Below, in pieces: positions 23,852 through 37,600 of a stretch of 64,000 nucleotides of DNA. The position numbers were made by a program, and so were the translations under genes. Origin of the DNA: Raillietiella orientalis (lineage: Eukaryota). A model generated the notes under the pieces. That model was given only the letters and a program-made list of their open reading frames with translations. It searched no databases and was not told the origin of the DNA. Where the stretch lies: positions 186,001-250,000 of the forward strand of contig JAYWIR010000002.1 of the NCBI GenBank assembly GCA_036172245.1, in the 5' to 3' direction. Position 1 is the first letter of the stretch, and the number at the start of each line of letters is the position of its first letter.

Positions 23852-26800
23852 GGAAAGATCAAAGAGGAGATAAGAAAAAGGAATCATGAAACCACTCTTG
23901 GAAGCGATTTATAGTAAAACTTCGATGAACTCAAGCTGAATAGGGACCAGAATCCCTTTTTCCCGGTTCCTAGGTCAGCAGAAATTCTCTCTTTCAAAAT
24001 CTGCATCTGATCATCTAAGAAAGGACTAAAATTCAATAACGGAGCGATAGAGAGCACGGCAGAAATACCTCACGTTCTCTTTTGGAAGCAGCGTAGTTGT
24101 ATACGATTGGCAGAGGGAGATGGGAATCATTCCCAGTTCTAAAAATCAAAGAAAGCAGCCTGTTGAACCAGATTATGCGAGAACAATATGGTTTCCTTTC
24201 CTCGACTCCGCGTTCGTGAAGAGGGAATCCGCCTGCATCTGTTTTTCCCAGAATCCAGTCGAGGGACGGCAAGAGATTACCACTTGAACGAGAGAGCGTC
24301 CCGCCGTCGACTCAGCATGCTAATAAGCTTTCGGTAAAATTCATGCGTCTTTCAAAAGATGCAAAAGAAACTCGTGCTTCCCAAAAGGATGCAAGAGCAC
24401 CACTATGGCGTGTTCTCAGCTACAGATATTTGGAATAAAGGTGGGAGGAAATTTTGCAGCAACAGGACAAACGTGAATCGCGAAGGTGCTCAGAAGCTCT
24501 TTCCTATTGAATGGTGATGGCCATCTACCTTTGAACTGAACCATACTATAGCATGCAACTATGCAACTGTACGCAAAGGTGCACTGAGATGACATTCCAG
24601 TATATTATTTGCATGGGGATCATTTACAGAGCAACCAAGTGATTGCTCGTTAACATTTCCTCAAGTCGCGAAGATCCAAATATTCGAACTGTTTATTCAG
24701 ATTCGAAAAGGTGAGGCTTTATCAAAGACAGTTTGATACTTCAAAGTGTTACATGTGGTCTGTACAATTTTCTTGAATGAATGAGATTGTAGTGTGAATG
24801 AAAGGAAATAAATTTACCCCACCCTTTGTAGGATTGGGGAAATCAAAGACAGTTTGAGAAAATAAAAAGGAAGAGAGAGAGGAGAAAAAAAAAAAAAAAA
24901 AAAAAACAGAAAGTTGCTTTATTAGCTAACATGCACTTAGTCAATCATCACCGAGAGTCTGGGGAAATACTATGCTTTTATTATTATTGTTATTTGGCTT
25001 GCCTGAATCCTTATAATTCTAACGGAGAAAATATGAGTACGTGAATTCAGCGCATCCTGATTGCAACTCAAACATGTATGTATCTGCCATCTTTGAAACA
25101 CTGCCAATGTACGGCGGCACAATGCAATAGAGGTCTTTTCGTGAAACTTTCGTTCGGAAGACCATCCCCGCAGCATTGTGCTTGAGAATGGGTTTTCCTC
25201 CAAGCTGGAATGTGAAGTGGCACCTAGATGCTCTCATAGCACTCATAAATGGGAAAACTCAGCATCCAACATGCAGCGGCTGCAAAGAAAGAATAACTTT
25301 TGCATCCAGGAGACAGATTGCCGTGCTACGAGCACGAATGGCGAAATCGAGCACCAATTTATGCAAGGGACAATGAATGGAGCCAAACAATTTCCAAACA
25401 CCTTACCTGAACTTGGGATTTATGTTTCGTCTTTCCTTTTTTTTTTTTTAGGTATCGATATCTGTCAGCTTCGTAGGCATTTGATTACATTTCTAAATTT
25501 AAGTCGAGACTGAATAAACATGATTCTTTGGCGGCTTCCATTTCCTCGTAGTAATCGGCGTGAGGAAGACAACTGTGGCAGCTGAAGACGAAGAGAGACT
25601 CTTGTGCCTCAACACATGAATTTTCAACGGACGTGGATGGCTCCCTTCCATCCAAAAGATCAATTTCACATGCTTAAAGTACAAAACGAAGAAACTAAAA
25701 TTCTATGAAAAGAATTACGTGCTTTTTGCATGGTACTCTCAGTTCCTGATGAACACTTACAGGCAGGCAGCCGCTTTACTTTAGGAGCAGTCAAATAGTG
25801 TGAATTAAATAATGCTACAATGGACGACGCAAAGAAGTTTCGAATAACTGTGAATATGAGAATTCATTACCTAAGTATGTAATGCGTGCGTATTATTTTG
25901 GTACAACTTCTGTATAACCACAGAGCACAGTAGAATGCAACAACTGTGCTCATAATTGTGCATTCCATTCCTAGCTCTCAAACTGCTTGGGACTGCTTGG
26001 AACATTCAGTTGATTACCCTTTTGTATACACAGAAACTTGGCATATGTACGTAAATCAGATAGCAAACGGATTACTCTGACAGTTGTGATTTTGACGTTT
26101 CACTGCTTTTGAAACCACTACTTTTTCAAGTAGATCTTTCACATTCCTTCAAGAAGTTTCCAGTTCATGTCTGCCGAAGCAGTCTCCTGTCCTATAAGTA
26201 GGACATTTTCTCCAGCTTCAAGTAATCGAAGCAAGAAATTGGCAATTTACATCTTGCATGTGCTACAAAAGTCGCACTTTTATTTCTGCCCCACAAACCA
26301 CATTTTGCATTGCTGAAGTAGGGTATCGAACCAAGGAAAGAGCGGCACTGGTCGCCAAATATGTTGACTGCCATTATTCTTTGGTAACAAGGATATAAAA
26401 GTTGAGTCCAGAGGAGTTCTCAGCAAACAGGCTTGTTTCCTATTTGCAGTAGATGCGGAATCCTCATGAACGTCCATAATTTGCTCTCATACGGCTGCAG
26501 AATTGCAAAGATGCAAATACGAGGGTACACTGACAAATTACCTACTTCAGACTCCGCTCAATCGTCATCAGCTTAGATCTCTCTACTACATACATGCATA
26601 GTCAGTTTGCCAATAAGGGTGCAACAACAACCAGTCATGGCTGCTTCCATCTGTTTAGGCCTCTAACAGTCTTGCCAAGAATTACCGTTTTTTTTTTTCC
26701 AAGCAAATTGGAAATTATTAATCTTTCCAACATTCTTCATGGCATGGATATTTTTTACTCAGCTTCATTATGCAAATACACAATTATTGCCTTGCATTGG

Positions 26801-29800
26801 CAAAATTTAGGAAACCTGTGAATCCTGAGGAAATAAAGCAGTTATGTACATAATTGGTACCTTTAGAAACACGAGCTCTTATTATTGTACAAAACATACA
26901 CTTGATACATGCACTGCAAACTTCCTAGAATGTGTGATCTGTGTGTGATCAAATGTGGCAGATGCACTTCGCTGCGTTGCAAGGAATTTTTTGGACAGGG
27001 AAGGTTCTTTCTGAATGCAAGTTTAAGAAGGAGAAATTCTCATTCGTTAAAAAGTCCATTACTGATGATTAGAAAACGGCATCTATAAAGTGATCTGTTC
27101 TTGTAAAGAAGATGGCATTAAAATTGCACTAGGATTCCATCGAAACAATCTCTTCAGGGCTACCTGTCTTAAACCTCTTTAAGGCAGGCAGCCCAGTAGT
27201 GTGAGGATAAACACATTTGTTCCTCGTAAGTTTTTACTAATCATACTGATGCTTAAATACAGCATCCCTCATTCTTTTCAATGATTTCAGTCTGGTCGAG
27301 AACAGTTTAGGAAAACGTGACCATGAAAGCGAGATCCATAGTTTAGAAATCAGAGCACTTCATTTCGAGATCTACATGGATGAATAACTATTCTGATGAA
27401 TAGTTTGGAGTAGATTTCTCGACGACCACAGCTACTTGTTTACCATTGCAAGGAGTGCATGAGTTTTCGGGACAGTGTAATCTGAACACTCACGCATTCC
27501 TGAATCTAAAAACGACATCAACAAGGAACATTCTTTCTTCAGCAAGAGCTAAAAAAAGCTGCATAATTACGTTGGTGTGCATAATTACGAAATTTAATCA
27601 GTAATGACACTGACAAAGCATCTATGCCTGCGCTCATTTTACTTGTGTTTTGAATCCTGTTTTGGCTCGCAATGGAAAATGTTGTAGCACATGTTGAAAA
27701 CACTAGATAAGAGAAATTTAATTACAGTAGTTCCCGGTATCCCTGTTCACTTGATTACGGCATCTGCATCTCCAATCAATGTCCCTTGTGTGAATCCGTG
27801 ATGCCATCAGCCCATATGTACCACAGAACTATTTCACTACCACTTAGTCTTCATTTTGTTGCATTAGTTCCCAACTCTTCAGTGCCTTGATTGATTTTGA
27901 AAAAAGGAAAAAAAAATGGAAGAAAGACCCCTTTTTTATTTATCATTTGTGAACACACTTCACATTACATCTGCTCGCTTCTGACTCCTTAGAAGCTTTG
28001 TATAGAGAAGTCTATTTATCGACTCCATCAGCTTTACTGATCTCTCTGATCTAGAAGCTTCTAGGTGTTTAGTTTTAAGAGTTTTGCTCAAGTGCATCGT
28101 GGACCTCAAGAAAATACCATAGCACCTGAGACTTGCATGTCCTCTTCTGTTGAACGGAATCTTCAAGGAACCTCTTGGTGAAGGTTACCTGTAGAATCCG
28201 TTTGTGTCTCAGAGTGAAAGAATGCTGCTCATTCTACAGCCAACTCCTGTCGTCCCCTAATCTTGGGGACTTGGAAAACCGAATTACCGTCCAGCTGGAG
28301 AAATCTGTACTTACGAATCGGCCACACCTCTGCATGTTTAGGCAAGCATAAAGTGAGCATTTTAGCATGTCCAGATTTTGCAAAGGACTCATGGAACAGG
28401 ACAGCATCGGGCAGTTACGGATGCAAGGACCTCCAAGGACCTCTGTTTCGAGGCAAACAATCGGATTTTTCCTTCCTCACATCCTGGGATGGAAAAGCAA
28501 CGCAGAAGTTTAGAGAAATACCTATCCGAAGAATTTGCATCCTGTACAACACCATGTGCTCAATGTTCGTATTGACAGCACAAAAGTGATCAGTCGTCTC
28601 TTCTTCCATAAAAGCAATATGAAAGAGATACTCTCCATCACAGCTTAAATAACGTATTGGAAGCAACTGCTCATGGACAGGAGACGCGATGGCAAAAGAC
28701 ATAGAAACTGACGTCTCCACTCCGACATCACCAAATAGATTTATAAAGCCTTCAAAGAATCTGGATTCCGGTCCCCGAAAGCAAGGTTGCAAGCATAGGG
28801 AAATTTATTCATTTTTTCTTCTTCTTGTCTTGTTCCCCAGGACAGGGTTTGAAGTTTCCACGCTTGAGGTTGGTGGGCTCCAGAGCTGCCTTTGTGGAGT
28901 CATTTACAGAGATATAACCGCTTGAATCTGCAACCGCATGCCACATCCGTCACAAACTGCACCAATTCCTTATACAAGAGATGCCGTATGTTCAGAATAT
29001 CTGACTGAATTTTAGCACCGGCGCAAAGGGCCCACGGAATGTTATTACTGTATCGCTAGTTTCGAAGAGCCCCATGAAAGCCCCATTTCGTCCAAGCTTC
29101 GACCCATGTGCTCGGTTCCCTCGATTCTAGAGGCATGTTTCTTGTGAGAAGTGAGGGAAGACAACATCACACTGTGGATTTATATTATATGGAAACATAA
29201 ATACTTCCAATCATTTTAGGATTGAGACTAAATGCTGAATTTTGTTCCAATTCTCCCTTGTCCTATTATGGAATATCACATATTAACCAATACTCTAAGA
29301 ATTTACGTTATTGATGAATCAAAGCATATCTTCAATCCTTTCCCAATGACGTTATTATACGTGTAACATTTAATTTCATGTTTAAATATATGTCATCAAA
29401 TAATCATTAAAAGGATTTTTATATTACCTAATACTAGCTAATGGTCTTAAATGAGCTTAAATTGCATATTCAAGGGATTCAGGATTCGCAAATTAAATAC
29501 TATCAAACAAGAAAGAAGAACTTCAAAAAAAAAATCATCATACATCCCTATTTCATGTATCAAAAATTCTTTGACTCCATTTTGTACACAAGAGTGGACG
29601 TCCGGAAAGTGGTTAGCACTGCGGTCACTTGGAAGGGGCGTGCTATCGGAGACATCCTGTTGCCCGTGAACTTTTGGAAAAATGGGAGGGCTACTTCAGC
29701 GCCCTCACAGAAGCGAGGAAATGCCCCGAATCCCTCCGGAACACGCACACCTCAACCTGGTGCCTCTTTCCCCTTCCCCGCGTTCCGTTGATCCTGGGCG

Positions 29801-32800
29801 AGCAACGGATGGCGAAGGTCCGGGCATATCGGAACCCGTTAATCACCCCCACCCAGCACACCTGCAAGCGGAAACGCCCATCTCGGGTTTGCAGGAAACG
29901 GAAGTCGCTCTTTGTGAGCGCGACTGGTATGGCCTTCCTGCTCCTCGGCAGCCCCAGAGTACACCAACCAGCAGCTTCCCTGAGATTTTACTTTTCTCGC
30001 ACGCTGTGGTCATTCCCTGGATGTGATCCACATGGCAGAAGGACGCGACAAGTACCTTTAGACAGTGAGAAGGAGTCCCTTCAGGTGTTTGATTCCTCCC
30101 TGAACACTGAGCCGGGCAAAAGACTCGGCAAATCAGAAAGAAATAAAGCTTCCTGAGTTCCCGGATGCATTCCTGAGAAAGGCGATGGAGCGTTCGTCAC
30201 GCACAGATCAGACTGATCATCGAGAAGTCTAGCTTTCTGAAGGCGTTCCTCGAATACCTCGGAGGGATCACAAGAGAACCCGAGGACGCACCCTTTCCAA
30301 AATTAGAACCCCATCGATACTTTCATCTCTCGAGTGCCGCAAAGCTCAGCGAGAATTTTCATACCAAAAATTCGGGGATTCTGGAGATGTTCGCTCCTTC
30401 GCAAGTTTCCCTTCTTTGGGAACTTCTGAAACCGAGGAATGCACGCATCTGAACAGAGAAGCTGTCACCCTCATCGTCAGCTAGGGCACGCTTGGGTGCT
30501 ACACACGACCAAACAAAACTGACCTGGCTACTAACTCATCCACCATTTCCTTTCAGTTTTCCTTGCTGAGCCGCTGTGGTGTTCCGTGGTAAGAATACGA
30601 GATTCCCAGCTCGAGGATTCGGCGTCCACTCTTCCTTCCGCACACTTTGGTATGAGTATAAAAATCAGAAGGCGGGAATCAGCCGTTCCAGATGGTTTAG
30701 ACTAACCGCGGTGTTTTTCCTTCCTGTGGTGTTGCACCGCGAGATGCCAAAACTCAGTTTCTGATTGTGCTCCTGCTGATGACAAGGCTGGTTACTGTTT
30801 CTCCTGAATCGAATCAACTGTTCTGCCATCTCAGAGAATGGTATTTAAATCACTCATGATCTGGTGAACCCGAAAAGAAAAAAAGATTCGTAAAGAAGAA
30901 CTGTTTCGGTTCATTTTCCTTTTTCAGATGTTTCTGACAAGATGATCCAATGAAAATCCAATCCACATGAGCTCTTTGACTGAGTACCCATTTCACTTAC
31001 TGATTTCAAAAATTACTGATACCAAATCCATTCTAATTGGCCAGATGGAAGAGAAATATCGACACTTGCAAGCTCTTAGATTTCTCTCCATACACAAATA
31101 CCCATATCACTCTCCACACACTTTTCTTAAAAACTAATTCGAGCTCTTCTCGCCCATGAAAATCTTTGTTTCCGCGTAAACTCCTATTTTCTCATAATTA
31201 TGGAGATTCCATCCTTAATGGATGGCAATGTTTGAAGACAGACTGCAATGTTTGCGACATGCGTCGAAGGTTAATTATGTCCCGTTCATTTGCTCAGGAT
31301 CTCACGTAAATATGTGCTCTTATAGTCTAAGTACCTCTATTCGTTTGCACTGCTCATGCAGCTGCTTTTCTTTGGCCAGTCATTGGAACCGGGATGAGTT
31401 TCTGGAAGTTTCGTGCTTCCAAGCAATGGAACTTTCTGTTCTTTTACGCTCTCTTTTAGAAGCAAAATCGAATAAAATGAACGTTACTCATCTGTTGAAT
31501 ACTCAGTATTAAAAGACACTCCTTAGTCATTCTATGGACTATTAAAAGAAGATTACCTGAGAACCTTTTGGATGTATTTCCTTTTTTGTCGCCATGCTGT
31601 TTTTGTTAAAGAGTTGACGACTGGTAGATCAACAGATGACCAGCGCGTACCGTTGTTTTCAGTCGTTTACTGTGTAAGGAAATTAGAGGATCACTGACCT
31701 AGCAATTAATTGCTGACATTACTAATTTTCTTCAACACTAGCGCAAGAATTAACTTTCCGTAAGCAGACAATAAATAAACTCGAAATTCGTGCCTGTTTT
31801 CCAAGATGAATTCCATCACCTTCTTCAGCTAGTTTCGCTTTCAGTAGATGAACAGAGCGATTGCAAATGATCCTTAAAAAATTATAGAAATCAGAGTCGG
31901 AAGCATTGTATCAGTTACTTAGCGATCCAATGATTCATTTTCGTTGCAGCTGAAGTAGTATGGACATTTCTTAAAGTGGTAGGCAACCTTGATTGAATAT
32001 TCTGCTCAAAAAATTCAAATGAAATAAGGAAACTGAAATCAAGTGTGAAAATAGAGAAAGAAAGTTGAAAAAATTTCGAGGTGATTTCACATCCATGGAC
32101 TGACTACAAAAAGACATTAGAATCTTTACCAAGAACTCATATCAGTATGATTCGGCACGCGATTCTTCCCTATTCGAAAAGTTATTTTGCTCCGCGCATC
32201 TTCGCAGCCTGTGTGGTTTATGAGACTATTCTTGAAATTTTCCAAGCTCGATTCATCTGGCAGCCCTGCGGGAGGCACAGTAATGATTTAGTAAGTCGGT
32301 ATGGCTCAGTTCTGTGGCATGCGCTAGGCAGCGGCGTCCGTGCAGCATGGGTCACGCACTTCCTGCACGTTGCTGGAATCGAATGTTGTGTGACTTTTTT
32401 CTGTTAACACTCGTGTTTTGCACGGCGAATGGTATGTACTTTTATCCTGATTTATTTGAGGATAGAAACGACAAGGCATAAGATGGTAATCAAAACGATC
32501 CTTGCGTTTTGTTGTCTCCTCTGAATGCAAGAAATGTTTTTTGGTGCAAAACATGCTTCCACACGTTGGCTAGTGAACGATGTAGGCTACGAATTGAGCC
32601 TAAATTAGTAATATTTTTTTCCAAAGAGATTCGCATTTTTTTTTATTCCTCAAAGTCGATGGAAGTGTACGTTGTATCAGGTTTTTTTTAATTGATGCAA
32701 TGCATGTTTACCTGTAGGTTGCCTCTGTGCCACGCAACAAGCGGTAATTTCTTATAAATAAAAAAATACGAAAATTTAATTTTCGTGTCGTAACAGTTTC

Positions 32801-34124
32801 GATTACTTTTTGCAATGATCCTGCAAGTTTTTGCCTTTCATGCGTATGTGTTGCATTTGGTGTGTTTATGTGGTATCACTGCGACATCGAATTACCGGAT
32901 TTTTTTTCTTTCTTCCTTTCCGCTGTTCATCTCGATTTATTTTGCACTCCTGGTCCACTTGCAGTCTGTGGTGGTGGATGCAACGGCACGACACGAATTG
33001 CAATTATAAAGCTACTTTAAGCTTTTTAATCCTGTTCCTTCAAAGTGATCCTTCTTCTTCCTTCACACTATGGAAGCTGGTGCACACTTTGTTCCTTCCA
33101 TCCCGATGGAGGGGACGTTTTGCTCTTCGCTTATGGTACTGTGTGATATACAGATGTTCCGATGATTGCATGCTTAATGATCATTAGACCGTTATTTATT
33201 ATCCGATGATGTTACATAAGCCATGCTTCGCCTTAACATCGATTTTCAATCCCGTAGGGATTTATGTGTAATTCGGTATTACCATTATTATAATGTGATT
33301 GATACGGGAGTGTTCTGTGTCTTTCCGAGAGAACACTTTTTTCCTCCTGAACACGCTGTTTGCACGTTGAGCGTGCAGTGTGTAGAGTTGGAATTCCTGA
33401 GAACCACATCGAAGTACACATTTCAGTCCCCTTCGAACGAGCTTGAATTCAAACGGTGGTAATCCAATTTAAAAACCCCTCGGAAGAGTAGGCTGCACCC
33501 TTTGCCTTTGAATCCATTGCCACGTGCGATGAGATTCGAACTGATTCTCCGAATCCGTTCTTTAAGTATTTTGATTTTCACTCGAATCGAATGTCATTAG
33601 CGTTGAAGAAGTTGCTTTCCCGTTTCCTCTTGCTGCTGAACAGAACCATCATAGTGTATAGTGGTGGTGGTCTTCGACCTCAGGTTCTGTATAATGGGTC
33701 GGACTGACGATTTCGTCCTGAAGCCATCTTATTCCAAGTTGGTCTTGCTGGCTGCCCTGCCCCCTCCCCCTTGTATACCCTTCGACTCCTTGCGCTGTTT
33801 CCCCTTCCTTGCTCTTCTTCCGGAGCGCGCATCGGTTGGTTCGATCCTGCTCCAGAGCTCCCGAAACGGGTTCTCTCGAGAGAAATGCGCGGCATTTGAT
33901 CATTCGAAAGGGTAAACTTGTACTCCCAGAGTGTAACGATAGATCGACTTCAGACTTCTTAAAATTGTTTTGCTTTTAGCTTGAAGTTTTCCCGATTTTC
34001 CGGAATCGCGTTGAAAGAAGTGCAGGCTGCAGTCGTTGTCTCGATGAGGCCGCACTCCAGTTCTTTGAGCTGTTGCAACGTTCTGTCGCCACCCCCTCCT
34101 CAGCAAAAGCAGTCTTCAGGCGAA

Positions 34125-34661
34125 GACGTGATAACGTATTAGAAACATCACCGCTTGCCACACTTCGATTATGCGAAATTATCTTCCTAAATTCAAAGAT
34201 GTCTCGTTTTGCCCATGCTTCTAGCCATCGTTTCTCAAGGGACGGTTTGCGTAGCGCTTTTAGCAAAACGGAAGCAGGGTTTCTCCTTGGTAACCACCTG
34301 ACCTAGTCTTTAGGTTTCTTGCTTCGATTAAGGATTTTTCCTCAAAGTATGAATAGGAGTGTGGTGACCTCCAAGTTGAGCACTGATTATCTTTCCATGT
34401 GAAAGTATACAATTAGGTCGGTTTTCCTTCCCAAGTCCGTTTTCGCTTCATCATCATGCCACTTGAATTTGCACCTCAATGCACAGAGATATCCTTCATC
34501 TACATCCCGATCGCAGAGGAAGGTCACACAGTCGTAGCTGGTTTTCTCCCTTCTAACGAGCTCCTCCGTAAACAAGCTCCCCAACATGAAGCAACTCTGC
34601 CTCCTCACCGTGATAATGTATTGGAAACATTAGTCAGAGGTTTCTAGCACGTTATCACGTC
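34125..34661 (+). repeat. Three copies of a ~22-nt motif: two direct (34125-34146, 34609-34628), one inverted (34640-34661)
   Basis: GACGTGATAACGTATTAGAAAC / CGTGATAATGTATTGGAAAC / GTTTCTAGCACGTTATCACGTC. Confidence 0.9.
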
Positions 34662-37600
34662 GTTAGAGGATCCATTCTTCCCGCATGTAAATTAGGACAG
34701 TGCACTCTAGTCGTCCCGTTCCACATAAGGATCATATGAGAAAACGTTCCAGGAACCAGTGTGGTTTGCCTGTAACCAACCTGCTGTGTGCATTCTGGGA
34801 GTCACGTGAATATTTAAATAGGAATATTAATATGACAGGCGCACTGAATATCGAAGAGGTGTTTCCAGCAAAGATGCAGCAGCATCAGTTTCTACTACCC
34901 AGTAAGGTTGCTGAATGCTAAAAGAATCCATCCGTTATCGAAAGTTAACGAAATTGTAATCATGAGAGGAGGGTGTCTGTGAGAGCAATACGTTCATAAC
35001 ATGGAGGGTCATCTGACAAAATCTGCGTCGACTGTAAGAATCCATGACTCGGATGCTTCTATTTTTCGTAGATCATGCGTAGGAACTTTGAAGGGTGATA
35101 GGCTCTCGGAGACCTACCGAGTCCTTTGAGCGTAAAACGAAGAGGCTGCGACACAGCTCGGGCGACCTCCTCCTCTCCTCCTTTCTCGTTCATTTAAGAG
35201 GCTGCGGTTTTCCTCGTCGGGCGATGCATTTCCTCTTGTGTTAGGCTGACGTGCATGGTCCTTGTTCTCCGTACGTTTTGATTCATCTTCCTGACGGTTC
35301 GCAGTCCCAACGCTCTTGAATCCAGGATTCACCGTGGAAATAGCTCTTGGAGGAATTTCTTTCCTCCAGAATCCTCTCCAAGACGAAATCCACTTGGAAG
35401 CAAATACCCCCAGCAAGGAACTCATTCCCCACAGCGATGGCATCGTGCGAAAGTCTTTCTTTGCAGCATTCGAAATTCCTGATGCTGCGATTCCTCATCT
35501 GCATAAGGCTAGCCTTCTTTCGGTTGTCTGCCCTCTTGAATATATATTTTTTCCTTCCTTATATTTAATTCGCATGTGTGTGTGTTTTTTTTGTTATGCA
35601 TTGACAAATAACGGCTTACATCATAGTTACTGCATTTTTGGGGGGGGAAAGTGACAGGCAGTTTACGGTTTCAGCACACAGTGCTCGTAGTGAGTCTGCC
35701 GATTCCCAGTGCAAAGAGGAATATTCGAATTGCTGGAAGCAGCTGGGTGCTTTCGAATCCCTGACGGCGAAATCCCTGGTTGTTTCGGAAGGAGATTTGG
35801 ACGCAGCATGCGCGTAAGTTATCCACTGGTTTGCTCTCCCGATTCACGACCCTTCATCTAGAGCACTAAAGGACGGGTCGACGTGTTTTGATAAGTATGC
35901 ATCCTCATGCATGGAAAATCACGAATACCAGGCTGTGTTCCTTTCCCTCAATAACCGGACGGGGGACGTACTTCATCATTTGTGTCAGCCGTCCCATTTT
36001 CGATCTGGTAAGTCAGAAAAAAAAGTGGCACCGGAGTTTCTTCTGCGCACCAACTCCAGAATATCTGAAGCACAATCTGTGTCTTCGAAGTGCAGTGATT
36101 GAGGAAAACAACACATGCAAGGAACAGTATCAAACGAGTCTAGAAAAGAGCGAGCATCCAACTCCCGAATACTTGTGCAAGTACTGCGATGATGTCCTCA
36201 TCATCCTTTGAGAATACCATTGAGATATGTTTCAGGGCTTATCTTTCATTTAGCAGCTGCGTTCAGGACATTGCTTTGAAAAAGTGTGGGCAGCATGCGT
36301 CCTCTATAGTAGGAGAGTACTTGAACATCACCAGCCAGGTGCTGCAAGAGGTAAAGGAAAAACGGGGGATTCTCTTTCCGATTCTCAATTCGCGGATTCG
36401 GTCGCGAGGAAGCTTGTTTTTCCGATCCCGCCTTGACCTCGTTCCAACCGGTTCCTCGGTCCAGATCTCTTGATGCTGCCGCGATCCCATTCGCTCCAGC
36501 TCGCAAAGCGGTGCCTCTCGCTTTCGGACGGGCCGCCACCCGTTGCTGATGAGTCTGGTACTGTGCCTTCCGCTTTCGTTTCCCTGGGATCGGATGAATG
36601 AGTCGTGGCCTTCTCCCGTGCTCCGCGGTCGAGTTTCTTGTGCGCCTCATCCTGTTGCAGACGTGCTCCTCTGCAACGGGAAAGTGGAATGCAGAAAGAA
36701 GGGCCGGATCAGGATGCACGTGGTGTAGTTCCTTTTTTTTTTTTTTTTGCGCATTCTCTGTGTGTGTAACATACATTATCAATAGCTATTTCCGTTTTAC
36801 TCTTTAACTACTTTAGCTTTTGAAACACTTCAAGCGTGGGCATAGTGTTCTTGGAAACGTTAATGTTTTATAAAATTGCGCTTCGTTCCTTTTTTGTATC
36901 TTTTTTTTTGAAATGTTCATCTTTTATTACTTCACACTCTAGTTTTTCTTTCATTGTAGAACTATTGTCCGATTCCTAATCAGAAGTCTTCCCAAAAGGT
37001 AATTACATTGCAACATTCAGGAAGTCATTCGGCCTCTTGTTTTTATCTGTCGAGGAAGTGGCATTTTTTGGTATCCAGCCTTTTGATCTTCCGGATCGGG
37101 ACTTCATCGTGATTTTGTTGTGCTTGCATGCCATCAATATATATATAAATATTTATATTCATTTTGCAGTTCTTCTCTTCCATAATGTTCTAGAAGATTT
37201 TTTTGCAAGCGCCAAGCTAACGAGACCACAAGTCTGGTGTTTCAAGTCTGATGTTTCCTCCCTGGTTGAATAAAAGCATATGACAGATTCCATTTCCACT
37301 GTTACATAACCGTTTCTGGTTACTGATGTACGCTCTTTCATTTGGTAGTGCACTTCGTCCCTTAACGCTTTGGAAAGATCAGATTTCTGTATCTGAACGA
37401 ATTGATTTTGAAACCCATTTATCATGACTGTCGATAAATTTTTGCTTGGAAACCAGCTGGTGCCTATTTTTTTGACCTGCAGAAATGCGTATCCCATTGG
37501 GCAGACTGCCACCAAGATGTGCCTCCCGATTCGTGCAGCCACCATGTTGCAGCCATGCAGCTTCCCGTTTTCTGGGCGAACTTGGAATCTCGGAAGTTTT

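Larger units (their letters stand above)
12900..26560 (-). ncRNA. Putative long spliced ORF-less transcript, left arm
   Basis: Short-intron candidates 13238-13280, 15721-15768, 17446-17485, 22164-22208, 26495-26541; CAG|GTGAGC donor at 21058, CAG|GTAAGG at 25406, strong acceptor near 23833; no recognisable protein. Confidence 0.3.

Noticed and set aside
22991..23887. 298-aa minus-strand ORF as a gene
   Set aside because: It starts within a polypyrimidine/microsatellite tract, has no recognisable domain, and overlapping ORFs of similar quality exist on both strands.
33820..33865. tRNA-like GGTTCGATCC
   Set aside because: No T-stem or cloverleaf can be formed.
36546..36600. Hammerhead ribozyme core CTGATGAG (and CTGAAGAG/CTGACGAG sites elsewhere)
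   Set aside because: No stem II followed by GAAA at the sites examined.
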